This document shows, piece after piece, positions 1 to 12,228 of a DNA stretch of 64,000 nt. Both the position numbers and the translations under genes were made by a program. Source of the stretch: Hydrolagus colliei (Eukaryota). A model generated the notes under the pieces. It saw only the letters and a program-made list of their open reading frames with translations, had not been told where the DNA came from and made no database searches. Every line of letters starts with the position of its first letter. Positions within the stretch are counted from its first letter, which is position 1. The stretch covers positions 14,012,001 to 14,076,000 of the forward strand of contig CM068750.1 of the NCBI GenBank assembly GCA_035084275.1. Direction: 5' to 3'.

Positions 1-2734
1 TCTCACCTTGATCAGCAATAATCCATTATTCAAATCATCGAAATACAAACAGTGTGTTCAGCACAGTTCTCTCCAAGTACAAATGAATATGTAACATTTG
101 AGGAACAATGCTCAGCTCTTAAGAAGTTGTTGATTACAGCCAAAGGAAAACAATAATCTCTCTTGTTTCTGTCAGAATGGAAAGCTGTACTGGATTTAAA
201 GTGCCAAGATACCAACAGATCAAATCTTACACAATCATTTAATTCTCCCTGGTCTTTTTCACTCAGACAATGCAAACCTTTTTTTTTAGATCTAGTATAA
301 TTTAACCCATTTGACTTCACGGCTGCCTGTGAGGCATTGTTGTGCTCAAATCAGCTACTGCGTTCACCTGCAGAATGCAGTTACTGCGCTTTATAGTGAA
401 CGCCAGAGATATCCTCCTGACGAGAAAGATGCTGCACATTGGAAAAAGATGAAGATTATAATTATTATTATTACATTTGATATCGTTTGTTATTATTACC
501 TTGATGTTTAACCTGATTTTGTTTCTATGTAAACGCAATCCCTTAAGTTTTCCTCATGAATTAGAATTGACTTCAACAAGGCTGTTTTTTCCCCATTGAT
601 ATCTCAAAAGACGAAAACTTCCGCTCAAATGCTGCTGAATTCATGAAATAAATTACTCTGATTGATTGCTCAGCTTGACCATGTGTGAAAGCTGGATTAA
701 TATGCAATCGTGAACTTCAAATGACAAAGTCATTGACGCACCCAATATTTCTCTCCTGACGTCAACTCAGCTGCTTGACACGGCTCGGATCAAGAATTCC
801 TTCGAAACAATTCCCAGATGAGGTTACAACTAAAAGAGCCAAAGAAAAGTGTTGCTTCTTTTAAAAGCAGATTAGATCGATTTATTTTAGGAAATAATAT
901 CTGGGGATACAGTATATAGTTCGAGACATGACATATGCTTGCAACTGCCAGGATGCTGGAAGGCAAACTACATGGATCTCGGTCTTCCTCCGCTTGGCAG
1001 TTGTTATGTTCTTAATGTTAAGAAATATGCCTGAACAGATATCAGCGTGGAAATGAAAATGAATGGCTATCGGCTCTGTTATGAAACGTTACAATTCTCA
1101 TCCCATGAAACTTGCACGGAAAGAAATCTGGGACTGTTTCCTTATACTCTCATAGCCTACAACTGCTTTTCTGTTTGCGTTGGACAAACACAACAAGAAT
1201 TGCTATAGACTTCACTATGATGTCCAGGCTAGTAGACTGGAGTCAGCAGATGTTTCTAAAGTAATTTGGTGCCCAAAGGTAAGATCAGCTCCTCAGTTGC
1301 AAGCAGAATGGTGCTCTGCAGCCTGCCTTTCAAACTGCCTGTAACCAACGAGATTCAGAGATACAACAACAAAAACAACAATAGAGCACGTTTGGGTTCC
1401 ATAAACAGAGAGGAAGGATCTAGGATAAAAGGGGAAGTTGGATGGCATACTTGAAACTTGAAGAAAAAGATTTGGTTGCTCATTCACTTTTAAATGCTTA
1501 ATGAAAGAGCTAAAGTGAACCCCCAGGCTCGTTTATTTCTATGATGTATTATTTAATTAAGCTCAAGAATGCATAATGGTGGAACGACCAATTCAGTTTT
1601 AACGCAGAGAAAAGCAACATGCGTCAGACGCAAGAATTACATTTAGGTATAACTTCTGGCAAAGAGTTCTCTGTTAGGTAACAAGCTGGCAAATTACAGT
1701 GCAGATGTGATCATTCAAGTTTAAATAATAAAACGTGACATTTGACGGAATTGAGGGGATAATTTTATCGGTATCAACTCTCTTGTTTTGGATTTCACAA
1801 TGCAGCATGTCATCAGTTCACAGTGTATCTCAGTGTGGGGAAGCAGGTGTACCTATCTGGTGCTCTGTACTGTTTTTGTGTGTCTGTCTGGCTCAGTTGC
1901 TGGGTTCAGAAGTTTCAAAGGGATCGATAATGTCCATCTGAATAGGCAAACGGGACTTTGAGTTTAATGTGTCATCCAAAGGGTGACACCTTCAATAATG
2001 CCGCACTTGCCCAGCCCTCACTGCACAGGAGTGATAGCCCAGATTCTGAGCTGAAGGCCCGAATGAAGGCTTGAACCCACTACCTTTGGAGCCCGGGGAT
2101 AAGAGCCAAGCGACACCTAAATTAGCAGCATGTCAGCTCCTAAAAGAGCCAGGCATAGTGGAAAACTTGTTCAACTCTTGAATAGTAAGTGTTACCATTC
2201 CTGGTTATTATCCAGTAACTATGGCTGGAAAGTATGTGTGTGTGTGTACACGATGGGTGAGAATGGACTTGGATGGGATGGTTTTCACACGTACACTGTC
2301 CAGCAGCACTCATCAGGAACTAGCGAAAGACTTATCATAAGTACCATTCAATAGGAAAAGACTCCAGTGAGACTGAGCAGAAGGTATGACAAGTGGAAAG
2401 TGCAGCAGTGGAAAGATTATCAGTGGCATGATATTTACCGTAACACAAAACGTACTGTCAGCTGCTTCTTGTAGGCGTTTTATTTATTATTAACAATGTG
2501 TACAGAGTGCCTTTCATGTTCTTAAAAAGATGACAAATATCTCAAAGCGCTAAAACAAAACAGAACCAATTAGAAATTAAAGCAAATCTTGTTGACAGAA
2601 GAAAACACAGCAACTAATCTAAGCCCATTTAGGCCGGGAAACAAGAATGCGATGAGCAGATATTTCATTTGACTCTCGGGTAAATTTGGAGCAGGAGGGG
2701 AACATAAAACAAGCTGAGTGGGAGAAAGACTCCA

Positions 2735-3105
2735 CACAGTTCTTTGAAATCCAGAACTCTGCTGCTTGTGTGTGTCATTTTCCTCCATGGCCTCACTCCT
2801 CCCTACCTCCTACAACCCAACTATCCCCAATCATTCCCTCAGCTAACATATCCTCTACCTGATCCACCCCACCAAATAGTGGACGAGCTTTCAGCCACTT
2901 GGGAACTCAATCCCAGAGTCTCTCTGTCTCGTCCACTCAGGTCTTATAGGTGTGGACTATCTTTTTGTTCACATTATCAGTCACTTTCACCCCCAACCCC
3001 ACCCTCTAGCCCTGCACTCGCCACCCTCCTCAGCTCCCTCTCACCCCCATTCAGCTATGTGAAAAGTCTTGGAGATGTCCTCCCAAAGTAAAAGATGCTC
3101 TATCC
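2735..3105 (+). mobile_element. Old L2 LINE 3' fragment
   Basis: C-rich L2-like sequence (CTCCATGGCCTCACTCCTCCCTACCTC, GAGCTTTCAGCC, GGAACTCAATCCC). Confidence 0.5.
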
Positions 3106-5365
3106 TGGCAGACAATATCACCCCTAAATAAAATTTGTCACTCACTCACTGCTGTTTGTGGACATTGCTGTAAACAAACCGGCTGCCGCCTTTGCTGACA
3201 AAGCACACAGTCACTGCACATCAAAGCAAAATCTGTGAAATGCTTTGAGACATCCCGCCCGACGTGAAGGGCAGTGTAACTAATGCACAAATTATTATTT
3301 CTTGATCATTCGTTAGATCCTCTCCTCCCTGGTAATATCCGAGTAAAAAGCAAATATTATTTTTACTCAGCCACGGTGAGTGCTTCCATCCATCCTGTAA
3401 ACCCAGAGTTTAAACACTGGTGTGTAATTACTGGTGTTATTAATACGCATGATATATTGAAATCTACAGCAGTTCATGCTCAGCAAGGTTCGAATATCAA
3501 GGTTATTAAAAGCGTCTTTGGGGGCCTGGTGGTCTATTAGAATTCCTGGGGAAAATGTAATGAAAAGAGAGCTGTACATCTGGGTAGCAATTAAGTAATG
3601 AGCCCTCAGGGACTTGGTCTCTTCAGGTTCAGTTTGACAGGGGAGAGCAGTTTCATGCATCATTGCAATATATGCAAAATATAAACTGGTTTGTGACCCA
3701 TGCTTTGAAAATTATTAATTCGGTACCAGAGGTTACATTGCAGTTGATTAATACACTCAGAAACGTCTCTCAGGCAAAAAAGAAAATATTGCAGAATTCT
3801 AGCACGTCGCCCAAGACCAGTCTACTCTAATTCCCCATAGCTCACTCTGTAACATAGTGGTTAGAGCACTCGCCTCGCAAGCGAGAGGACCTGGGTTCAA
3901 TTCCCAGGCAGGGCAAAACCTTAAGCGGTTTTCCTTGCTCCACACGCTTTGTTTACCTAGCAGGAAGTAGAAACCTGGTTGTTAATCGATGGCGTGACAC
4001 GTTAAAAACAATAATAATAATTTGGTAATGCAATCCATGACTGTTCGTGGAACACCGCTTTGCGCAGTTAGCTGCTGCATTTTGCCCACAAAATATTGAT
4101 TTAATTTTACAGTATAAGTGAAGCACTTTGAGATGTCTCAATGACGCGACGAGGCGCTGTATCAAATGCAAAAGTAATTATTCTCATTATTATTGGCAGT
4201 TGTTACAGAGCTGCTGTGAACGCATCACCGAACGTCTTCTTCACAGAAGGAATTGAAAACAGAGAGTGATTCAAAAACCTGACGTTGCCAGTTGTCGTCC
4301 TGCGTGTGGGTTCTCCATCCTCGGGAGAGAGAGAGAGAGAGAGGTCGGTCTTACATCATCAAACAATGAGCACAGCGAAGGACAAAATGGAGCGGCAGTA
4401 AAATAGATGCAAATTGTGTCCTGGGGGGGACAGAAATGTCAGTGTAATGATGTGATCGCAGCTGTGCTTCGCTGTTACAGTGTATTGATTCAAATCACCA
4501 GAAGTGACCAGAATGTGTTGGCTAATGAATGAGGCAGGGAGGAATGGGAGAAAGCGGTTTAACCTATGATAATAGTAAATCTTCCTATAGAGATGAATAT
4601 GGATTCAAATTCCTGCAATGTACAATATGTATATACTGTATTATAAATACAGTGTATAGATGTACATATGTATTCGCAAATACAGGTATGTATATATTTA
4701 TGCAGGGTGCCAAGTCAGAACTCTCAAATGCCTCAGCACAAACCTCCCAATGTGAACGACGCTATATACTGTAAATGTAAATTTGTTCCTTATTGTATAA
4801 TGTAATCCAAATACACAGCTTGGCAAATAGAAAAAATACCTTACAGCAAAATCTGTGCTTATTGGGCTTTTATATATTATTAATCATCATACACTAATAG
4901 GCACCTGAAACACAGCATGAAACACACCAAACATACACAAGCAGCCAACTTGGTGGCTGAACAGCATAGAATAGGACATTGTACATTCGACAGTGCTACA
5001 GTGGGTGCTGCATTGATGGCTGTGCTGTCCTCCCACTCTCTGTTCACCTGAACATTAATGTTCCCGTGGCACTATCGAAAAGAGAAGGGAGTTTCTCCTG
5101 AGGCCATAGCCAACAAATCCCAAAGATAAAATTGGTCTCTCACTTCAGGGCTGTTTATGGGACATTGCAGTGTGCAAATTGGCTGCCACATTCTCCTACA
5201 AACAGACAGTCACTGAGCTTTCCAGTAAATCCTGTGAAGCACTTTGAGACTGGTGTATTGAATCAAACAAGAGACGCTACATGCAAATGCGATTCTTGTC
5301 ATTATTATGATTTTCCAAAATTTCACGAGATCTAAATTCTTAAGGCAAAAAGCCTGAAAATGGAC

Positions 5366-5652
5366 TTAGTGATAAACTGAGCCGCGGCTGAGAGCAAGCG
5401 ATAAAGAGAAGACTTCTCCCATCAAACAGCTAAGTGCCGTGAGACCACTTGCAAAATTTGGCCCCATGAGCATCTCATAATGGGCAGCGGGGAGGGAGCG
5501 AGAAGCATTGCCGCTATATAAACACTCAAAGTGAACGCTCATAATCCAGAACACATTCTGGGAGATGTCCCTCTCTATGACCCACCGCTCCCAAGTGTTG
5601 GCTGAGCAGTCCTGGTCCATAAAAGGAAGAGACTCTCAACACAGAGGTAAGT
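5366..5652 (+). promoter_or_regulatory. Candidate promoter and non-coding first exon (TATA box, GATA sites, strong 5' splice donor)
   Basis: Non-repetitive, locally GC/CpG-richer stretch with GATAA at ~5371 and ~5400, TATATAAA at 5515-5522 and consensus donor GAG|GTAAGT at 5647. It lies 6.4 kb upstream of the KCNK ATG on the same strand. Confidence 0.4.
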
Positions 5653-7813
5653 GCTTCCATTCCGCTGACAAGTTCAACACTTGACTCGTCAGCCAAGAAT
5701 TCCGCTGAAGACTATTTATCATCATCTGCAACAGTCTTTTGAGAGCCGTTCACATCAGCTACTCTACGCACTCGCTGCCGAGCCGTTTATCTTAATTATC
5801 CTATATTCCCCATTATTAGGAGGCTTTTTACATTCCCCAAATTCCAGACAACCAACTCACAATTTCCGAGGGGTCGGTCAGGTAAGAATTAAGAGGGGGC
5901 TAGAGACCTCTGCTGGGAAAGAGGGAAAATAGGGAAATAATTCACTCTCTCCTTCCCCCCACCGGTTTTCCCCACCTAGAAAACTCTCACTCACTTCATA
6001 ATACCTAGTTATAGAGGGTTTCTTTTTTGGTCAACTAGGGGGTGGGGGAGCGTGTCTGATGCACGTGGAAACTAATCACTGAGTTTAAAAATATTCAAAC
6101 TAGACGGCGATCCATGCAAGCCGCTTACACGTGGAAATTCCAGTTCTGGAATGGAACATGCCCTCTCTCAGAGTGCCACACCCTGCTTTACCTATGGTGG
6201 TAATAGCACAGGTAATCTAGAAGATCAGGGCTAAAGGTGGAATCGGCGAATAATAATCATTGTTAATCATAATCCTTGCATTTGCGCCTTAGTACATCAA
6301 CATAACATCTCAAAGCTTAAAAGGATTACAGGCTAATCATAATCATCTTTATATTTGGTATAACTCCTTTTCACACGGGGAGGATGTCTCAAAGCTTTTC
6401 ACAGAATATTCAGTACTTTTAAGTATAGGGATTTACACAATCCCTTTACTTAACAGAAGTTGCATTTCGCAGACTGTGGCAGACTGTGCATTTTGTAGGC
6501 GAGAAAGATGAAGACTCACATTGGAAAAGAAGGGAGGAAAGGCGATGTTTTGTTACATTTGCTTACTTAGCATCAGACATTGTGCCCTATGTAAAACAAC
6601 AGTGGGAGTCTGAGAGGGGACAAGATGTCTATTGTGGATATCAAACCACTGTGAGTTCACTGCCACCTGGAGGTCATAATAGGCAGCACAACGTGGTCCG
6701 AGATCACATCGCATTGCAGTAGTGCAATTCATTCCTGATCACTGATCATTTCATCTGTACGTTTGCAATAATACTACTAACAATAATAATCCTTGTATTT
6801 GATGTAGCACTTTTCAGATCTTCGAGATGTCTCAAAACGCTTCAAAGAATATACTCCAAAGTGAATTGACTCTATTTGTGGGCGGAATGCGGCAGCCAGT
6901 TGCACACAGCAGTGTCCCACAACAGTCATGGGTATAATTGACCAATTTTTATTATTTTTTTTGCAGGTGAGGGATTTTTATCAGGCATGTGGAGTAAGGA
7001 AACTTCCCCAAGGTTTCACTCTGCCAGGAATCAAACCCAGGTGTCTCACTTGCAAGGTGAGTGCTCTAACCACTGAGATACTGTGTAGAGGACTTCACAG
7101 AAACTATTTCCAATTCACCTCAATCTCTTTCTCTCCAACCTCTCTCTCATGCCTATCCCCACACAGACAGCTCACCAGGAATATACTCAAGGAGACATTG
7201 TTCATGTGCAAATCTAGACCGAGTGTCAACAGGTTGTTCAAGGGTGAAAGGCTGTAATTTTTTTTAATGACTTGAGTCCAAACCACACTTTGCAATTAAA
7301 GATTGAGCAAATATTTCTGCTGCAAAATGCAAAGGATGTGCCTCTACTTTGATATAAATCCTGCAAAATAATCCTTGCATTTGATATATAAGGCACTATC
7401 CTTTCACATTATCCAGATATCCCAATGTGATTCACAGAATATAATAATTCTTACGTTTGATGTATCACCGTTTATGTTAATGTTATAAAGAGCTTCACTT
7501 GATCCACAGTAGAGGGCAGTATTTGTGGGCAAATGTGGCAATCAATTTGCACATAGCAATGCCCCACAAACAGAAGTGAAGGGCCAATCTTGTTTACGAA
7601 TGAATGAACAAATGTCTGGAGTATTAATTTCAAACTGACTATTAGAAAATAACCTTATCCATCCGCATAATATTAATGTTATGGTAGGGTTTAACCTATG
7701 GTAGGTAACCTATGACATGTAAATAAGAGCTTTGAGACATTTGGTCGTTATACACCCTATATCAAATGTAGGGATTGTTATTTATTAAACTGTACTGTTA
7801 TTTAACGACAGTA

Positions 7814-8614
7814 CAGGTAGACCCCACTTACCGAACGCCCGGTTAACGAAGGCTTTCTATTTGTACCAATTATCCACTTAACAAAGGCTGCTTTCGCTAT
7901 AATGAACGTTTACACGCAAGTTAAATCTCACGGTTTTTCGTGCGCAGCTTCTCATGGGTAGAGTCTCTCCCGGTTGGCCCCGCAACACACGCTCAGTCTT
8001 TAGCGTGCCTCAGTTAAGCAGTGCAGCCCCTCCCATATGGGAGGAGCTTAAGCGGCAGGATGCTTCGTGGCTTCAATAATAGTAAGTCGAGGACTCCCTG
8101 TGTTTTATTGTTTATTGTTGTATTTACTAACATTTTAATACTTTATTGTTGTATTTAAAGTTGTGTAGCCTTCAATAGCAGTTATCTCTACCTTAGGCCT
8201 TCGCTAGTACAGGTTGAGCGTTCTGAATTCTGCCCATAGTCGATTCCAGGTTCGGGTATTTCCGTACTTTGGAATGCCAGAAGCGCGTCACGCGTCCGGA
8301 AATGCCTGGGCCCAGGTTGTGATACTTCAGCGCAGTGACTGTGAAGACCTGGCCTGGAGCAGGTAGGATTGGCGTTTTTATTCTTGCAATGTTTGTCACA
8401 TTCTGGAATTCCGGATTTTGGCCGCTCAACCTGTACCCCGAAAATGTTAGCGCGAGGAATCGCTAGGAACTAAACTGATGTTAGCGGGGAGGCTCGGGTC
8501 GTCGTTTCGGATACAGCCAAATACAGTAATGTAGTTAAACTCTCGCTTAATGAAATTTTCACTTACTAAAGGGTTCTAAAGTCCCTAACTTCTTTGTTAA
8601 GCGGGGTCTACCTG
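7814..8614. mobile_element. Non-autonomous Tc1/mariner-superfamily (Tigger/pogo-like) MITE
   Basis: TIRs CAGGTAGACCCCACTTACCGAA and TTTGTTAAGCGGGGTCTACCTG (19/22 match) flanked by TA at 7812-7813 and 8615-8616. No transposase ORF. Confidence 0.85.
8210..8433. mobile_element. Second Tigger-like MITE (224 bp) nested in the 7814-8614 element
   Basis: Perfect 11-bp TIR CAGGTTGAGCG / CGCTCAACCTG with TA at 8208-8209 and 8434-8435. CAGGTTGAG termini resemble Tigger4/Zombi-type elements. Confidence 0.8.
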
Positions 8615-9761
8615 TACTGTATAGTTTAGCCAGCTGAACAAGCACAAATGGCGCCACCGTGTGGCAACAAACTGCAACTAGAAACATTTCCATTGAGAAC
8701 AAAGGATTAATAATTTTCCACCCGGCTCATATAGATAAGCCTTCTTTCAGTGATACCCTCAACAGTTGTATGCGCTGCTTATTTGGGGCATTTGTATAGC
8801 TTCCTTCAAAGAGTGGAACAAAAACTTATCACATTTCACAGTGCTAGCAAAAAGCAGAACCCCCCCAAAAATAATTTGTTCATGGGAACAAATTATTTTT
8901 GCGAAGCAACATGTATCCATACAAAGGCCGGAAAAAAGTAACACAGATGGCATTGAGATTGCAATGTGTGAGTGTGCCAGGATGCAAAGCGGAAAGGTCT
9001 CACATAACATCAGCCAACAGAAAAATACGCAGAAAACGCATGCAAATCTGATTCATTTTGACAATGTTAACTATTAACAACAACAAAATTACAGTGCAAG
9101 TCAAACATCAACAGCAGCAGCAAATAACATTGGTATTGCACCTTTACACCAAGATGATATTCCATGGCACTGAAAAACATATTATACAGGGGTTCAGCTC
9201 TGTGTACATGCCAAGGTTGTATGAAATAAAAATAAGGTTGATCTGTATATTAACAGTCACTGTTACAATAAGCCTACAAGAGCAGTTTGGTGTTGGAGGA
9301 CATTGGGAGGGTCAATGCACAATACCGACTGCACAGACATGGAAACTAACAATGAGGTCAAATTTGCGGGATTTTCTTAAAGGCATTTCGGAATGAGGCA
9401 AGCAGGCAGAACCCACGGGAACTCTACTTCAGGATAGACTGGAGTCATGCACTGCATTTCCAGTTACCGGAAGCGACTTCCAGTTACCGGAAGTCTTGGA
9501 GACCTTACAATCATGAACAACACGAAGTGTTTATACACCGCCCTTCACACGGGACAGTATCTCAGAGTATTGCACAGGGGCGAGTTGAGTGGCTGAGCAA
9601 GGGAGAAGTGGGAGGTGGCCCCAGGCACAGTTGAAGAGGCAGATTAGACTGTATCACGATCACAGTGTGTCTTTAGCAAATGCCGCTGAATAACCAAAAA
9701 GACAGGCGTTTCGTGAGCAGCCCTTTCAACAGTCTCTGGGTTTCACTTCGAAAGTAATTTG

Positions 9762-10052
9762 TGGAGTCCTGTAGCTCAGTAGTTAGAACACTCGTCTTAC
9801 AAGTGAGGGACCTGGGTTCAATTCCAGGCAGGGCAAAACCTTAGGCAAGTTTCCTTACTCCACACTCCTAAATATAGTCCCTCCAAAAGAAACAATAATA
9901 AAATTGGTAATTTCAATCCACGACTGTTTGTGGGACACTGCTGTGTGCAATTGGCTGCCATGTTTCGCCAACATATATATAAATTCTGTGAAGCGCCTTG
10001 AGAGGTCTAGAAGACATGAAAAACACTATATCACAGGCAAGGATAATTATTA
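9762..10052 (+). mobile_element. tRNA-headed SINE, subfamily B. Other copies at about 6776-7085(-), 11142-11312(+), 44151-44465(+), 63680-63941(+)
   Basis: GGAGTCCTGTAGCTCAGT(G/A)GTTAGA (A box) CACTCG..TTACAAG..GGGTTCAATTCC (B box), then CCTTAGGCAAGTTTCCTTACTCCAC, the shared DeuSINE 3' half and a tail CTAGAAGACATGAAAA..CACTATATC..GCAAGG(ATT)n. Confidence 0.8.
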
Positions 10053-10389
10053 CTGAAGACGGTCGCTTCATCAGTCAACTCATTTCTAAAGTGACAATAC
10101 TCAACTCTATGTCGAAACTGCAAACACAGACCACAATGTATAAAAATAGTAGCAGTTGTGAACGTGACTACAAGCAGAACAAATAAAGCCCAGCGGTCAG
10201 CGCAAAAGCTGCACAAATGCGCGCAGAGACGTTCAGATTTTAACTCTGAACAAAAGCACCGGTGCTACACGAGTCAACAGTGGTCAGCACACTCACATCG
10301 ATCGCACCGCCGTATCTTCCCAAACTCAGAGATCAATTGTAGCCCTGTCCTGGCGAAGATCAACAAACTCAGCAGTCCTACGTTTGAAC

Positions 10390-10454
10390 CTGCAATGTCT
10401 CAGGCTGCAATGTCTCAGGCTGCAATGTCTCAGGCTGCAATGTCTCAGGCTGCA
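10390..10454. repeat. Perfect 15-bp minisatellite (CTGCAATGTCTCAGG)x4.3
   Basis: Four exact units from 10390 plus CTGCA, read directly. Confidence 0.95.
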
Positions 10455-10675
10455 TGGATCAGTGCTGCACAAACGCAGACTTGGCTCACTATTCCGTGTA
10501 TAGCATTTTAGTCACGGCAGATCCCCACATCAGCTCATAACATCTGATATAATAATAATAATCCTTGCATTGCATTTCGCTCCCAAGTACAGTCAGTGTA
10601 TCTCATGAAACGTTTTGAGACATTCTCAACAATGCGATAAGGCACTGTATCAAATAATAAAGAGTATTATTATTA

Positions 10676-11012
10676 TTTGATATATCACTCCTTATCACAT
10701 TGAAACTTCTCAACGCTTTCCACAAAGTTTTCCGTAAGGCATAATGAATACGTCAGCCAATTTGCTCAAAGAACTGCCCCACAAACAGCTATGAATTGAA
10801 TCACTATTTTTGTTTAATCTGGGGGATTGCTGGCCGGGACATTGAGAGAAACTCCTTTCTCTTTTCAAATAGTGTCATGAAATCCTTAACATTCACCTAA
10901 ACAGGTAGATAGAGGCTCGGTTAAACATATGATCTGAATTCCGGTATCTCTTGACAGTGCAATGCTCCCCCAGAACTGCACTGGAAAATCAGCCTAGAGT
11001 GTGGGTTCAAGG
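10676..11012 (-). mobile_element. DeuSINE copy (antisense). Further copies at about 1920-2120(-), 4985-5310(+), 21620-21930(-), 25185-25318(-), 31590-31935(-), 40920-41170(+), 44465-44840(-), 52430-52630(+), 54335-54735(-)
   Basis: Shared core (rc: GAGAAACTCC..TTTAACATCCACCTGAACAGGCAGAC..GGTTTAA..TCATC) recurs at these positions. Confidence 0.65.
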
Positions 11013-12027
11013 TCAGAAATGAGTAGGTATGAGGAGATCAGATTGATAAGGGGATGGCAGGTGTAAACAGATCTGTAGATCAGGGTGATGACATTGAAAT
11101 CAATCCATTGGGCGATAGGGACCACTAAGCACTGTGATGATAGGAGCTCCTGTAGCTCAGTGGTTAGAGCACTCACCTTACAAGCATGAGACCTGTGTTC
11201 AAATCCAGGCAGATCAGGGTGAAACCTTGGGCAAGTTTCCTTACTCCACATGCTGAATAATAATCCCTCCCAAAAAAAACCAGCAATAATAAATTGGTCA
11301 TTTCAACTCCACTTACAACTGCAAGTCCCAACATGCAGCAATAAAAAGCCAAAAGCAACAAGATTTTTTTTTAGAAAGGGTCAGCAAATAGCAGGCACAT
11401 AAAGGAATGTAAATAGCCTCTCCCAGTGCAAACCTCCATTTGAAGTTAAATGACACACCAGTTTGTTTCCAAAGCAGTTGGTGTGTGGCTCTACTTATCA
11501 CACAGAACAGCAAATCAATCCAATCACTTCAACGTGTGGTTTGATTGAGATGATTCAATTCACTGGCACCAACCAGCAAAGCAGCTTTAAAAAGACAGGT
11601 TAGACTGCTTAAACTTTGCAATATATTCTGTGAAGAGCTTCGAGACATCTCAACAAAGTGATAAAGTGCTACATCGAATGCAGAGATTATTGTTTTGTTT
11701 TTTTAAACGAACTACTCTTGTTTTCCGAACAAAAGTCAGGGAAGTGAGTGGAACTTTTACTGATCTCCAGGCATTCAAACTCTGTAGGAAGAGGAAACAA
11801 ATTCAAAACGTTACCTTGCAGCTACCAAAGATCGAGTGCAGAAAAGGCACACAGACTCTTCTTGAACGCAGTGCTAGTTCAAGTGTAGGATGTTTGGCAG
11901 ATTGTATGAGCCACAATACCACAAACTGCAGGGCAGGATGTAATTTCTGCCACTACAAAAGGAGAGTCTGTTTCCTCTTTCTGCGACTTTGCCTGTGATG
12001 AGGTCTGGCTACTGACGCTCCGTCACC

Positions 12028-12228
12028 ATGTCCTTCTGTCAACGCCCCAGCACTACAGTGCTCCTCGTCCTCATCTACCTGGCTTACCTACTGATTGGAG
12101 CCGCTGTGTTCCAGGCCCTGGAGTTACAAGAAGAAGACAAAACCAAGACTGTGGTCTGGAAAGAGAAATTCCACTTCCTGGAAAATTATACTTGTCTCAC
12201 TGCAGAGGCGTTGGAAGAGTTTGTGAAG
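12028..12228 (+). CDS. KCNK16: KCNK16-like coding exon 1 (N-terminus, M1, cap helices)
   Basis: [32 protein letters not shown]...[16 protein letters not shown]. The 3' boundary is uncertain: the homology-predicted donor reads AAG|TTAAGT, and an alternative in-frame GT donor lies after 12222. Confidence 0.88.

Noticed and set aside
1209-1278. Possible exon ending in the strong donor AAG|GTAAGA (open frame LHYDVQASRLESADVSKVIWCPK)
   Set aside because: Poor polypyrimidine tract and no recognisable similarity to KIF6 or other expected neighbours.
10390-10454. Regular repeat that could be mistaken for a CRISPR-like array
   Set aside because: Contiguous tandem units with no spacers, in eukaryotic DNA.
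10158-10511. 117-aa ORF with (AAMSQ)n repeat
   Set aside because: The peptide repeat is only the translation of the 15-bp minisatellite; there is no splice or homology support.
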